From: Octopus bimaculoides
Lineage: Eukaryota
Direction: 5' to 3'
DNA: 64,000 nucleotides
Assembly: GCF_001194135.2 (NCBI RefSeq)
Contig: NC_069008.1
Span: 14,668,041-14,732,040 of the forward strand
Shown: positions 36,718-48,515 of the stretch, in pieces
How positions within the stretch are numbered: the stretch's first letter is position 1
How the letters are laid out: each line of letters opens with the position of its first letter
Translations under genes and position numbers: made by a program
The notes under the pieces: model-generated
The model's input: only the letters and a program-made list of their open reading frames with translations
Database searches by the model: none
What the model was told of the DNA's origin: nothing

Positions 36718-38448
36718 ATCAAACGTTAAGAAATTTAATCCGGCAAAATCTTGACGAAGGAGATGTTTCGTTAATCACCAAGTAACTGCGGCTGGCAGGA
36801 CATTCTGCAAAGAAAGCCAAACGAAAAATTACATCGAATCTTTTCAGTGGTGCGATCCGCCTGATGTTGAGCCATGTCTCATGCGGCCCGTTTTTCGAAA
36901 AGTTTGCCCATGCCTACTTTATGTGGTCGCTGGATCTGCTGAAAGAACAACTACACTCCCTTCAACTAACACCCTATTGTCTTAAAAAATAAGAAGAATG
37001 TAGTCCAAGATATACAAAATAAGAAATGGTCCCGGCTGGAACTTATTTGATTACATACATATATACATATAGGGAGTTGGGGGAAAATGAGGTGTTTTTA
37101 CTGCATTTTTGATGTTGAGACAAAATATATTTTTTTTACAAATGTTCACTACTTTAGAAAAACTATATCAGCGAAGCAAATGGCCTTCCCTAAATGCATT
37201 AAAAGCATTATAACACATAATCTAATCATTATGATCAGAAAATTATCTTCTGTTCTCTTTGAGTATATAAAAGACAGATTTCACTGGGGCAAAATGAGTA
37301 AGACAATATAATGTAAATTTGCAGCTTCAATTCTCCAGAAAACAGACTCATATACATCAATATCAATCCTTAGACATCAGAACTGTAAAAAAAAAAATTT
37401 ACTATCTAGGTCAAATGAAAGAAAATCAGGGGAAAATGGCACATGATATGAAATTAACAAAACTTAGCTAAATGAAATTTTTAAAATCTCAAAATATTCT
37501 CTATAGTTTCTTCACGATTTGCTGGAGTGTCCTCTCCGTAATAAATTTACCTACTTTGCAGTTAAAGAGAAGAAATTATCAAAATTAGACATTACTCATT
37601 TTACCCCCACTTTACACATTTTTTGAAATGTGAAACTGATCAAAGGAGACATTAGTTTAGGGAAAAAACAGACTTGGAATCTAACAGAGAAAAGAATATT
37701 GATTGTTAAACACCAAGACTATCCAGATATTTTATTAGCAACCAGATTTAAATTTGGGTCAAAAGTTGAGGAAAAATTTCTTGAAAAAAGAGGACTTGCC
37801 ACTAGTTCTGTTTCAGACTCTCTCAACTTTAACAACAACACCTATGTACTGACCATTTTTTACTCCTGAAGATGATGCAACAGTACAAAATAATGACAGA
37901 GTACTTGCAATATAATATATGAAACTGGCACTCCGTCTGCTACAATGACGAAGGTTCCAGTTGATGTGATCAACAGAACAGCCTGCTCATGAAATTAGCA
38001 TGCAAGTTGTTGAGCACTCCACAGACATGCATACCCTTGACGACTACGGAGATTCAGAGTGACTCAGAATGTGACAAGGCTGAAATTCAGATACTACTCG
38101 TTTTTGCCTCTTGAGTAAACTGGAGCAACGTGAAATAAAGTGTCTGGACACAACGCATTGCTGGGAATCAAACACACAACCTTATGATAGTGAGCCAAAT
38201 ACTTCTTACTAAGCCTTCACTAATGTAATATATACTTCTAAAAAGGAAGTTTGTGTATTGACCACTAGAAACATTAAAAAAATTAGCAATAACTAAGGAT
38301 TTTCATGTGTTTTCAACTAACCCAACCTCCAACATGCTTGCCATGAACTTTTTTTCCAAAAATGGATTCATGGGATGAGGGACATAAATTACCTTTATGA
38401 TTTTAAGTTCAGCAGTGAGGAAGTTGTAAAGATAATTTATGGACACCC

Positions 38449-38513
<65 letters not shown>

Positions 38514-38559
38514 ATGTATATGTATGTATGTTTATGTATGTATATATATATATATATAT

Positions 38560-38945
38560 GGGCCATGACTGCTGAGGACATGCGTAAGCTCGAAAGGAAT
38601 GAAGCCAGTATGCTCCGATGGATGTGTAATGTCAGTGTGCATACTCGACAGAGTGTAAGTACCTTGAGAGAAAAGTTGAACCTAAGAAGCATCAGTTGTG
38701 GTGTGCAAGAGAAATGATTGCGCTGGTATGGTCACATGGCGAGAATGGATGAGGATAGCCGTGTGAAAAAGTGCCACACCCTATCAGTTGAGGGAACCTG
38801 AAGACCTGGGATGAGGTGGTGAAGCACGACCTCCGAACATTAAGCCTCACCGAGACCTTTGGAAATATGCTTTGCGTGAGAAGACCCGGCAAGCCAAGTG
38901 AGACCAAAATCCAAGGCCTCTGCCAGGGATGTAGCCAGCCCACTT
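38560..38945 (+). mobile_element. RTE-clade LINE 3' fragment
   Basis: WAMTAEDMRKLERNEASMLRWMCNV...LRWYGHMARMDEDS. Confidence 0.8.
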
Positions 38946-39063
38946 CTAACCTGTGAAGAAAAATGTGTCTATGTTTTAAAGAACACAAATTAATCTGCCC
39001 AACACTATCTCTAGCTCTCTGCTAGTTATCTAAATCAAAACCTTCAATCAAGATCCTATATTA

Positions 39064-39408
39064 TTAGGTTGTCAAGAAAGTTCTTGCGGAATTTTTAATT
39101 TCAGTTTTAAATGATGTATTTTCAAATTAATTTTCATTAAATTACTTCGACTTTATATATAATTTTAAAGCCTGTTTTTCGCTCTATCTAATCGTGTTAC
39201 TCTTTTCCTTTTTGAATAATTAGGCCATTTTTTCCGGAACATTGAATACAACATGGACAAAAATCAAATTCACACAATTTTCTTATTCCCGTTCAAGCTA
39301 GGCCGATTCTGATGGTGTTTATTTTGATTAATAAAGTTTTGTTTGAGCCAAGATATGTGCCTCTGAATTTAAAGGTTAAAAACCACAAGAACTTTCTTGA
39401 CAACCTAA
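39064..39408 (+). mobile_element. Internally deleted mariner / MITE
   Basis: TIRs ttaggttgtcaagaaagttcttg / caagaactttcttgacaacctaa, TA on both sides; residual MDKNQIHTIFLF. Confidence 0.85.
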
Positions 39409-39917
39409 TAGTTTTTGTTCCAAACATCAGCTTAATAATGACAAAGTTATTTTACTAAATTCTTTATCATTTTCAAAATTCATTGAAACATTTTTCCTCA
39501 CAGGTTATCTGCCAATGATATGGTTTTGAAAACAATATCCAAGTTTTTTGTCCTTAGTGACTTGTATTGTTGACAGGAGCAGTTCTACAGCAAACCTGGA
39601 CATAGCTGAGATTATGTTTTGAAATGGATGCAGGGGGGGGGGGGCGACACCATTTTGTGGAATGTTGAATAATGTCAAATAAATGAAGTTGTTGTTGAGA
39701 TGAAGTGCATTGAATGGTTTGGTGGGACATAACTGAATGTAGAGTCACAGACATCTCCACCACTTTGATTCTAAAGTAAAATATTTGCTAGAAAAGAAAA
39801 GGCAAAGATTAGGAATGGTAAAAACGAAATTATATTTTATTTCAACATAAATATGGTAACAAAAAGGGTTAACTTCTTGGGTTTCTTTGTGATTTACAGA
39901 GCTACAATTCAGAGAAT

Positions 39918-40030
39918 CATTTCCAGCATATCTCAAAATGACAATTTCTATCTCCAGTCTGTATTCACATGTTAACTTCAAGTGTAGACTTTCTATACAC
40001 AGAACAATTCACCACATATTTCACATTGAA
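39918..40030 (-). pseudogene. Decayed C2H2 zinc-finger fragment (about 1.5 fingers)
   Basis: Minus strand reads QCEICGELFC, then after a frameshift RKSTLEVNM*IQTGDRNCHFEICWK*. Confidence 0.7.
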
Positions 40031-40526
40031 AATACTGTTAACTTTTTTCGACCAGTGTTTATCTACTCTTGTGTTTTTCTCTGTCACAACATATGAATGA
40101 GAAAGGAAGGGGTGATAGATGAATAAGGAAGGAAGGGGTGATGGCAAACTGGTAGTGGGAAGATGGAAATTCTACTGTGAGAGAAAAAAAAACCAAATCA
40201 AACATTTTAACTATTTTTAATTTCCTATGTAAAAGGGAGGTATGTGAATGTTTGTGTGTGTGTGTGTGTGTGCAATGGAAGTGGAATGGTGAACATTCAA
40301 TGCTGAAATAAAAAATCAGAGTTTCAACTCTGAGTATATGTATGTGTGTATAAGTACAAGTGAAGTATGTCATAATAGCAAGTCCAGCAAGCAACAAACA
40401 TGTGGATTTAATGAAATAGTCTCTCTTAAATAAAGACGAGAACACAAGGAGAATGACTTCCAAAATACTTAATGAAGATAAAATGTTTGTCCCCTGGCTC
40501 TCTATAAATGGACTGTAAATTTAAAA

Positions 40527-42140
40527 TTAGTCCAAATGGTTCATTCCAGGATGTGTTTTCTTGTGTGTTTTCAAGACACTGTTAGTTCTAAAAGATTTTC
40601 CACATATATCACAACTGAAAAGTCTTTCTCCACTGTGAATACGTTTGTGAACAACAAGACTGAAATTACGGGTAAAACATTTTCCACAGGTTTCACAGCG
40701 GAAAGGTCTCTCTCCCGTGTGTGTTCGTTTGTGCTTTATTAAATTGCTATTATCAATAAAACTTTTCCCACATGTTTCGCAGTGAAAAGAATTTTCTCCT
40801 GTGTGACAACGTATGTGTTTTGTCAAATAGCTATTATCAGCATAAGATTTCCCACAAATTTCACAGTGGAAAGGTTTCTCTCCAGTGTGAATACGTTTGT
40901 GGATAACAAGACTTGTACTGACAGTGAAGGATTTCCCACATATATTACAAGAATATGGTTTTTCTCCAGCATGTCTACGCATGTGGACTAAAAGAGAAGA
41001 ATTGTCAGAGAAGAATTTACCACACACTTCACAATGATAAGGTTTTTCTCCAGTGTGTGTTCTCTTGTGCCTGTTTAAATTATATTGATGTAGAAAAGAT
41101 TTACTACATATATCACAATGATATGGTTTTTCTCCAGTATGTGTTTTGTTATGCAAGTTTAAATGACTTTTAGAAATAAAAGATTTCCCACATATTTCAC
41201 AATGAAAGGGTTTTTCCCCCGTGTGTGTTTTGTTGTGCCTGTCTAAACAATTTTTAGTAAAAAACGATTTCCCACAAATCTCACAGTGAAAGGGTTGTTT
41301 TCCACTGTGACTACGTTTGTGGGATACAAGATGAAAGTTTTTACTGAAATGCTTCCCACATATCTCACAGTGGAAGGGTTCCTCCCCAGTGTGCATTCGT
41401 TTATGATTTACAAGACATGAATTATTAATAAAGGTTTTTCCACAAATTTCACAAGAAAAGAGTTTTTCTCCAGTGTGTGTCCGTTTGTGTCTTGTCAAAT
41501 AACTATTACAAACAAAAGATTTCCCACAAATTTCACAATGGAAAGGTTTCTCCCCAGTGTGGATACGTTTGTGAATAACAAGACTCCCACTAACAGAAAA
41601 TGATTTCCCACATATATTACAAGAATATGGTTTTTCTCCAGTGTGACTACGCTTGTGGACAACAAGATGAGAATTGTCAGAGAAGAATTTACCACACACT
41701 TCACAATGATATGGTTTTTCTCCAGAATGAGTTCTCTTGTGTCTGTTCAAATCATATTTAAAAAGAAAACATTTCTCACAAATTTCACAGTGGAAAGGTT
41801 TTTCTCCAGTATGTCCTTTGTTGTGTCTGTTTAAATCCTGTTTAGAAAGAAACGATTTCCCACATATCTCACAGTGATAGAATCGTCCTCCAGTGTGACT
41901 ACGTATGTGGGATACAAGATGAGGCTTCTTAATGAAACATTTACCACATATTTCACAGTGGAAGGGCCTCTTCTTCCAATGTATTTCTTTATGCTTCAAG
42001 ACTTCATGTTCTGATGATAATTTTTTCTTACAAACATCACATCTATATTCAGTAATATTTTCCTGTAATGATCTTTTTTTAGTAAATGTTTCGTTATGTA
42101 CTGGTTCTTCACCTCTGCCAGTCTGTGTAACGTTCTCCAT
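40527..42140 (-). CDS. Poly-C2H2 zinc-finger protein (ZNF-5), about 537 aa, 18 fingers
   Basis: ORF track starts at a TTG (42152); the ATG at 42140 (MENVTQTGR) has the family context GAATTAATATGGAG and matches the ZNF-6 start. Confidence 0.93.
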   Translation of the reverse strand: MENVTQTGRGEEPVHNETFTKKRSLQENITEYRCDVCKKKLSSEHEVLKHKEIHWKKRPFHCEICGKCFIKKPHLVSHIRSHTGGRFYHCEICGKSFLSKQDLNRHNKGHTGEKPFHCEICEKCFLFKYDLNRHKRTHSGEKPYHCEVCGKFFSDNSHLVVHKRSHTGEKPYSCNICGKSFSVSGSLVIHKRIHTGEKPFHCEICGKSFVCNSYLTRHKRTHTGEKLFSCEICGKTFINNSCLVNHKRMHTGEEPFHCEICGKHFSKNFHLVSHKRSHSGKQPFHCEICGKSFFTKNCLDRHNKTHTGEKPFHCEICGKSFISKSHLNLHNKTHTGEKPYHCDICSKSFLHQYNLNRHKRTHTGEKPYHCEVCGKFFSDNSSLLVHMRRHAGEKPYSCNICGKSFTVSTSLVIHKRIHTGEKPFHCEICGKSYADNSYLTKHIRCHTGENSFHCETCGKSFIDNSNLIKHKRTHTGERPFRCETCGKCFTRNFSLVVHKRIHSGERLFSCDICGKSFRTNSVLKTHKKTHPGMNHLD

Positions 42141-42780
42141 ATTAATTCTCAAAAGCTGAAAATTGTCTTTAGGTATAATCTACCGTCGCTCACTTCGTCC
42201 CTTTCGATATTGCACATCTCTGTTTACATGTGTGGAATATTTCCAAGGTAGATACATTTTTCTGCTCACTGCTAGAATGTTTCTCGCTGATTAATTCACA
42301 ATTTAATGATGTTCTGTCGTCCATAAAATATAGAGCGTCTATATACGATTGGTAACAAACGTTCTTATGAGATTGGCATTACTCTACAAGTTACAATGGA
42401 GAGATCTGTAAACAAGAAGAGGTACGGCAGTGTAAAATCGATGTAGGCGAAAGAAAAATGTGTGTACTTTTAGTCTTAATAAATCGGGAATGTTTATCAC
42501 GCAAAGAAGTAAAGTGGACAATGTTGTTCCAAGGTGACAATCGAAGGAACGAGTTTTTCTGACTTAAAGAGGAACAGAAAAATTAAGAATGATCAGAGTA
42601 AAAATAATATGGTTCATTAACTTGAGATAATTACAATACATGATATAAGTAGATTAATTAGCTGAATTAATTACAAACAGATTCAACAGGCGGTGCCGTT
42701 TGCAATTTTCCCTTGTTGCAATGACACCGGTGATAGTTGTAAAGTGTCCCTAACATTATTTATTACATTCAAATCCTGTT
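42141..42780 (-). promoter_or_regulatory. ZNF-5 upstream block
   Basis: AATGACACCGGTGA at 42720-42733; donor GTGAGC at 42269; near-identical to the ZNF-6 upstream sequence. Confidence 0.65.
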
Positions 42781-43036
42781 TAAATCATTAAATTATTTTG
42801 TTCATTTTTGTCTTTTTTTTATTTTGAGAATTGTTTTTACTTTCCTTTTTTTTCTTTTAGAACATTGTCATTTTATAAGATTTTGCTGGCAAATTCTTAA
42901 ATCAACATAGACATTTTTATTTAAATGAAAGAAAATTACCGGAGAAGAATTTTTGTTTGAGAATTTTCTTCCAATTCCTCCAAATCTTACTGCTAAAATT
43001 GTATTGAAACCATTTGTGGGGCAGAAAGAGAAAAAA

Positions 43037-43741
43037 ACCAACAATGCAGCACCAAGCGCTTCAACTGGTCACAGACCACAAGTTCAACGGAACCTAATAA
43101 AGCAAACCAGCACGCTCGCAGCATTACCACAAGCGATGGCAAGGCTAAGGCGTTGGAAAATCCAAGCGCCCTCATGGGCATCACCTGATACTTCGGTGAA
43201 GCAAGCTGTCAACGATGACAAGAACTTCGCGGTTAGTGGCCCAGTCCCTCCGAACAGCTCAAACGCCACAGGCTGAAAGAGCAAGTTCACTGTCGGATCC
43301 CAATTCCTCAGGGTGTTGTTCCGTTCAGCTATGGAAGTAGTGACCCATCCATTTACTGCAGTGTCCAGAATGTAGGAGGGTGCAAAAGAGTCTCAGACTG
43401 TAGAGTCTTAATTGAGGCACCTACCTCAAAGCCAGGGACAGAAGGTAAGACCATCTGGTCTATTTCCATCATTTCTAGATAACACTGTCAGCTCCAGAAC
43501 TGAGGTGATATTAATCCGAGTCAGGGTCCATTTAATGATTAAATTTAGCTCGGTATGATCTCGAAGAAATCAGCATTTAGGAGGCAAGACAAACCGTGAA
43601 GACCTGTGGGGTCGAGGGGTCTAGGCACAGTGGAATCTCAGTCCCCTACAGACGTTAACTCCCACTCCGAGTGCGCTGCAGATGCAGAGTTCATCTAGAC
43701 TGAGTAGACCTTTAATGTTGGCCACAGGCATGGCATCAATC
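43037..43741 (-). mobile_element. CRE-like RLE non-LTR retrotransposon, C-terminal zinc knuckle plus restriction-like endonuclease, decayed
   Basis: DAMPVANIKGLL; LHGLSC; SRNDGNRPDGLTFCPW; FQPVAFELFGGTG...WIFQRLSLAIACGNAASVL. Confidence 0.8.
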
Positions 43742-44433
43742 TGTAGTAACGCCTGCGCATGCGTAGAATTAAACAAGCAAGCGTTTCCCACTCAATTCAT
43801 TCTCTTTCTCGCTGGCCAGCGATTGAGCATGGACGTGTGTTTAAAGCTGTCTCTACATCTTTCGGTCTTACACTCGACAGCTCGTTATTCTCACCTCTAA
43901 AGATGTATAACTAAAGATATGTATGTTTACCACCTAAATAAAAATGTTGTTTGAGTTGTTTAGTCTGGAGTTCAGCGTTCCGTTTATATTCTAAGTTTTA
44001 TAGTAGGAAGTCAGGTATACAATCTAAAGATGTATAACCCACTTTCTACTAAAGTGGTGACCCCCGACGAAGAAAAAACGCAGCATGGACTCTAGACTAC
44101 CAACTTATAACTGGTGAACCTCGATTAAAGAACAAATACGGCCATGGAGACTGAACTACGGATTACCAACATCTCCAACCATAGTCAACACGACTCAACA
44201 AGAGCGGTTTTTATTCTCGTCTCTGTTAGAGTGGATTTTTTCCACTCACGAAAAACAGACAGGATTTACGGCCTGCTTTTTATGTTTTTATATGTCGCAT
44301 TTCACACTCTCACATTACACATACATCTTTTATGCCACACAATAACTCTTGTCATTCATTTCATACGGTTTTCGCTAGTGGCCATACAGAGATTTGTCTG
44401 TCGATCGTTCTGTAAAAGCGTACCTTTTCAAAC
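43742..44433 (+). mobile_element. Ty3/gypsy-type LTR (about 43742-44053), tRNA-Trp-like PBS (44055-44069) and decayed leader/gag start; runs into N-gap
   Basis: TGTAGTA...CTACTAAA ends, internal AATAAA, then TGGTGACCCCCGACG (complement of tRNA-Trp 3' end with one extra C). Confidence 0.7.
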
Positions 44434-45060
44434 NNNNNNNNNNNNNNNNNNNNNNNNNNNNNNNNNNNNNNNNNNNNNNNNNNNNNNNNNNNNNNNNNNN
44501 NNNNNNNNNNNNNNNNNNNNNNNNNNNNNNNNNTTTTTTATAAAAGATATATTCTGCTGCAATGATTTAGAATAGTGGGGCTCAATTTTTTTTATTTTTT
44601 ATGGGCCCTTTGATTCCTATTTTACTCAAAATGGCCCTCATAGCCATTCAGTGTTTTTAAAAAATCCTGTTATATTTTTATAATTAAATATTAGGAATTG
44701 TATTTTAAAAAATTGTTAAAATATTTTGTGTATTGCACATAAATTTCGACAAAATCTTTATAGACCTGGTTGAGAACCACTGACTTAGAAAACATCCAAG
44801 TTCTTTGGATGGTCACAATTGGATTATGTTTATTCATTGGAACTGTTATACAATAGAACAGGTTTTACTTGAAATTTTCTCTCGAGATTGCTACATGAGA
44901 TATCATCTGTGTGTGGAATGTTAGGGGGAAGAAATAGAATAGAATCAACTACACAAGGTGACTGTTCTTGATATTTTTGTGAATTCCAATGACTCTGTTA
45001 CCATCAAATTCCATTATTTTCTCCACTTTAGTGAAAGCGGAGGTATTGTTTTCATTCGTG

Positions 45061-45995
45061 CTTGACCTCAAAGACGCACTTTGTTCTGGCTGTCCAGTTG
45101 AGTTCGATGCAGAGCGATTAAACCAACTTTGACACAAAAAGTCTTGTCAAATGACAAGGGAACTGGTAAAGAAAATGGAATGCTCCCATACTGCTGTAGA
45201 GAAGCATCTTCACTCGATGGAAAAGGTTCAGAAGTATGGAGCATGGGTTCCGCATGCTTTAAGTGACAACAACAAAAATCAACGAGCCACAATCTCCGCT
45301 GGTTTTCTTGCTCGTCACCGCTCAACTCATGGAAACAAACAACGATTTCTTTACCGAATCGTTACTGGCGATGAACAATGGTGCCAGTACATCAATATGA
45401 AGCAGCATAAGGAATGGCTTAGCTCCAGTAAACAAGTGACACCACGCATGAAACAAGATCTTCATCCGCATAAAACAATGTGCGTATGGTGGGACTGGGA
45501 AGGGATTATCCATTACGAATTGCTTGAACGGAACCAAACGGTCAACACATTACTCTGTGTTCAACAGATGGAACTACTCAACATGGCTATTCAAGAGAAA
45601 AGACCTAATCATCAGCATGGAGTTCTTGCTGCACGACAACGCCTGCCCTCATATCGCCAATATGACCAAGGAAGCGATTCAAATGCCTGGCTGGGAAGTG
45701 CTGCCACACCCACCACACTCTCCTGATTTGGCACCAACGGATTCCCACCTCTTTCGATCTCTTTCAAATGCTATACGCGGAGTTTTGTTCAATACTGATG
45801 CAGAATTGAGAGCTTGGTTGGATCAATTGTTCGAGTTGAAGTCGGGTGATTTCTACCAACGAGGTATTGAAAATCTTGTTGAACGTTGGGAAGAAGTTGT
45901 AAACAACAAGGGTGAATACATTATTGATTAATTGGTTGTTATTTTTTATTAAACCTTTTAAATAAAAAACGGTGGGAACTTAGTTGTTAACCTAA
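45061..45995 (+). mobile_element. Mariner (DD34D) transposon, 5'-truncated, frameshifted, right TIR intact
   Basis: WVPHAL, IVTGDEQW, HSPDLAPTDSHLFRSL; ends ttagttgttaacctaa followed by TA. Confidence 0.92.
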
Positions 45996-46222
45996 TACAT
46001 TCTCTAAATATCATCATCATCATCATCATAATTTAGCATCTGCTTTCCTTGCTGGTATGAGTTGGATGGTTTGACTGGAACTGGTAAGCCAGAGAGCTGT
46101 TCTAGGCTCTAGTCTGATCTGGTGTGGTTTCTACAGCTGGATAACCTTCCTAATGCCAACAGGAGCATATATTCTGAGTGTGTGCCGCACACCTACTGAA
46201 AATGGCAAATTCATTATAGATG

Positions 46223-47075
46223 TTAACCAACAATGCAGCACCAAGCGCTTCAACTGGTCACAGACCACAAGGTTTAACGGAACCTAATAAAGCAAGCCAG
46301 CACGCTCGCAGCATTACCACAAGCGATGGCAAGGCTAAGGCGTTGGNNNNNNNNNNNNNNNNNNNNNNNNNNNNNNNNNNNNNNNNNNNNNNNNNNNNNN
46401 NNNNNNNNNNNNNNNNNNNNNNNNNNNNNNNNNNNNNNNNNNNNNNNNNNNNNNNNNNNNNNNNNNNNNNNNNNNNNNNNNNNNNNNNNNNNNNNNNNNN
46501 NNNNNNNNNNNNNNNNNNNNNNNNNNNNNNNNNNNNNNNNNNNNNNNNNNNNNNNNNNNNNNNNNNNNNNNNNNNNNNNNNNNNNNNNNNNNNNNNNNNN
46601 NNNNNNNNNNNNNNNNNNNNNNNNNNNNNNNNNNNNNNNNNNNNNNNNNNNNNNNNNNNNNNNNNNNNNNNNNNNNNNNNNNNNNNNNNNNNNNNNNNNN
46701 NNNNNNNNNNNNNNNNNNNNNNNNNNNNNNNNNNNNNNNNNNNNNNNNNNNNNNNNNNNNNNNNNNNNNNNNNNNNNNNNNNNNNNNNNNNNNNNNNNNN
46801 NNNNNNNNNNNNNNNNNNNNNNNNNNNNNNNNNNNNNNNNNNNNNNNNNNNNNNNNNNNNNNNNNNNNNNNNNNNNNNNNNNNNNNNNNNNNNNNNNNNN
46901 NNNNNNNNNNNNNNNNNNNNNNNNNNNNNNNNNNNNNNNNNNNNNNNNNNNNNNNNNNNNNNNNNNNNNNNNNNNNNNNGATGCAGAGTTCATCTAGACT
47001 GAGTAGACCTTTAATGTTGGCCACAGGCAGGGCATCAATCCAATCCCCGGAGAATTTTGCACTTGCTGAAAAAAA
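46223..47075 (-). mobile_element. Second copy of the same CRE-like element (interior in N-gap)
   Basis: 46223-46346 and 46980-47040 are near-identical to 43037-43157 and 43681-43741; extends further as SASAKFSGDWIDALP. Confidence 0.8.
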
Positions 47076-47344
47076 GTGACACCTCGAAAATTGATCAGAT
47101 TGAGCAATGAGAAAGTTGAAAGTGGCAGGATACACACACACACACAGATATATATATATATACACATTTTCATTCTCTCTCTGCTTATTTTTTTTTATTC
47201 CTTTCTGTTGAAGAATATAGGCTCGAAACGTAAATGACTTTCATTTTCCCGAACGTCAAACTAATACACTTGCTTGTTGTTCATACACTTGTCTTCGTCT
47301 TTTGTTTTTCTATAAATTTCAACTCTCTCTCTCCCTCTCTCTGT

Positions 47345-47377
<33 letters not shown>

Positions 47378-48515
47378 NNNNNNNNNNNNNNNNNNNNNNN
47401 NNNNNNNNNNNNNNNNNNNNNNNNNNNNNNNNNNNNNNNNNNNNNNNNNNNNNNNNNNNNNNNNNNNNNNNNNNNNNNNNNNNNNNNNNNNNNNNNNNNN
47501 NNNNNNNNNNNNNNNNNNNNNNNNNNNNNNNNNNNNNNNNNNNNNNNNNNNNNNNNNNNNNNNNNNNNNNNNNNNNNNNNNNNNNNNNNNNNNNNNNNNN
47601 NNNNNNNNNNNNNNNNNNNNNNNNNNNNNNNNNNNNNNNNNNNNNNNNNNNNNNNNNNNNNNNNNNNNNNNNNNNNNNNNNNNNNNNNNNNNNNNNNNNN
47701 NNNNNNNNNNNNNNNNNNNNNNNNNNNNNNNNNNNNNNNNNNNNNNNNNNNNNNNNNNNNNNNNNNNNNNNNNNNNNNNNNNNNNNNNNNNNNNNNNNNN
47801 NNNNNNNNNNNNNNNNNNNNNNNNNNNNNNNNNNNNNNNNNNNNNNNNNNNNNNNNNNNNNNNNNNNNNNNNNNNNNNNNNNNNNNNNNNNNNNNNNNNN
47901 NNNNNNNNNNNNNNNNNNNNNNNNNNNNNNNNNNNNNNNNNNNNNNNNNNNNNNNNNNNNNNNNNNNNNNNNNNNNNNNNNNNNNNNNNNNNNNNNNNNN
48001 NNNNNNNNNNNNNNNNNNNNNNNNNNNNNNNNNNNNNNNNNNNNNNNNNNNNNNNNNNNNNNNNNNNNNNNNNNNNNNNNNNNNNNNNNNNNNNNNNNNN
48101 NNNNNNNNNNNNNNNNNNNNNNNNNNNNNNNNNNNNNNNNNNNNNNNNNNNNNNNNNNNNNNNNNNNNNNNNNNNNNNNNNNNNNNNNNNNNNNNNNNNN
48201 NNNNNNNNNNNNNNNNNNNNNNNNNNNNNNNNNNNNNNNNNNNNNNNNNNNNNNNNNNNNNNNNNNNNNNNNNNNNNNNNNNNNNNNNNNNNNNNNNNNN
48301 NNNNNNNNNNNNNNNNNNNNNNNNNNCTACAGAACATCATTAAATTGTAAATCAGTCAGCGAGAAACATTCTAGCAGTGAGTAGAAAATGTGTCTGCCTT
48401 GGAAATATTCCACACTTGTAAACAGAGATGTGCAATATCGAAAGGGACGAAGTGAGCAACGGTAGATTATATCTAAAGACAATTTTCAGCTTTTGAGAAT
48501 TCCTCGAGAATTAAT

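Noticed and set aside
42141-42152. N-terminal extension MRIN of ZNF-5
   Set aside because: Begins at TTG; paralog alignment places the start at ATG 42140.
47036-47045. CAATC-CAATC as a target-site footprint of the LTR insertion
   Set aside because: It encodes the in-frame consensus-like GDWID of the CRE protein, so it is probably native sequence.
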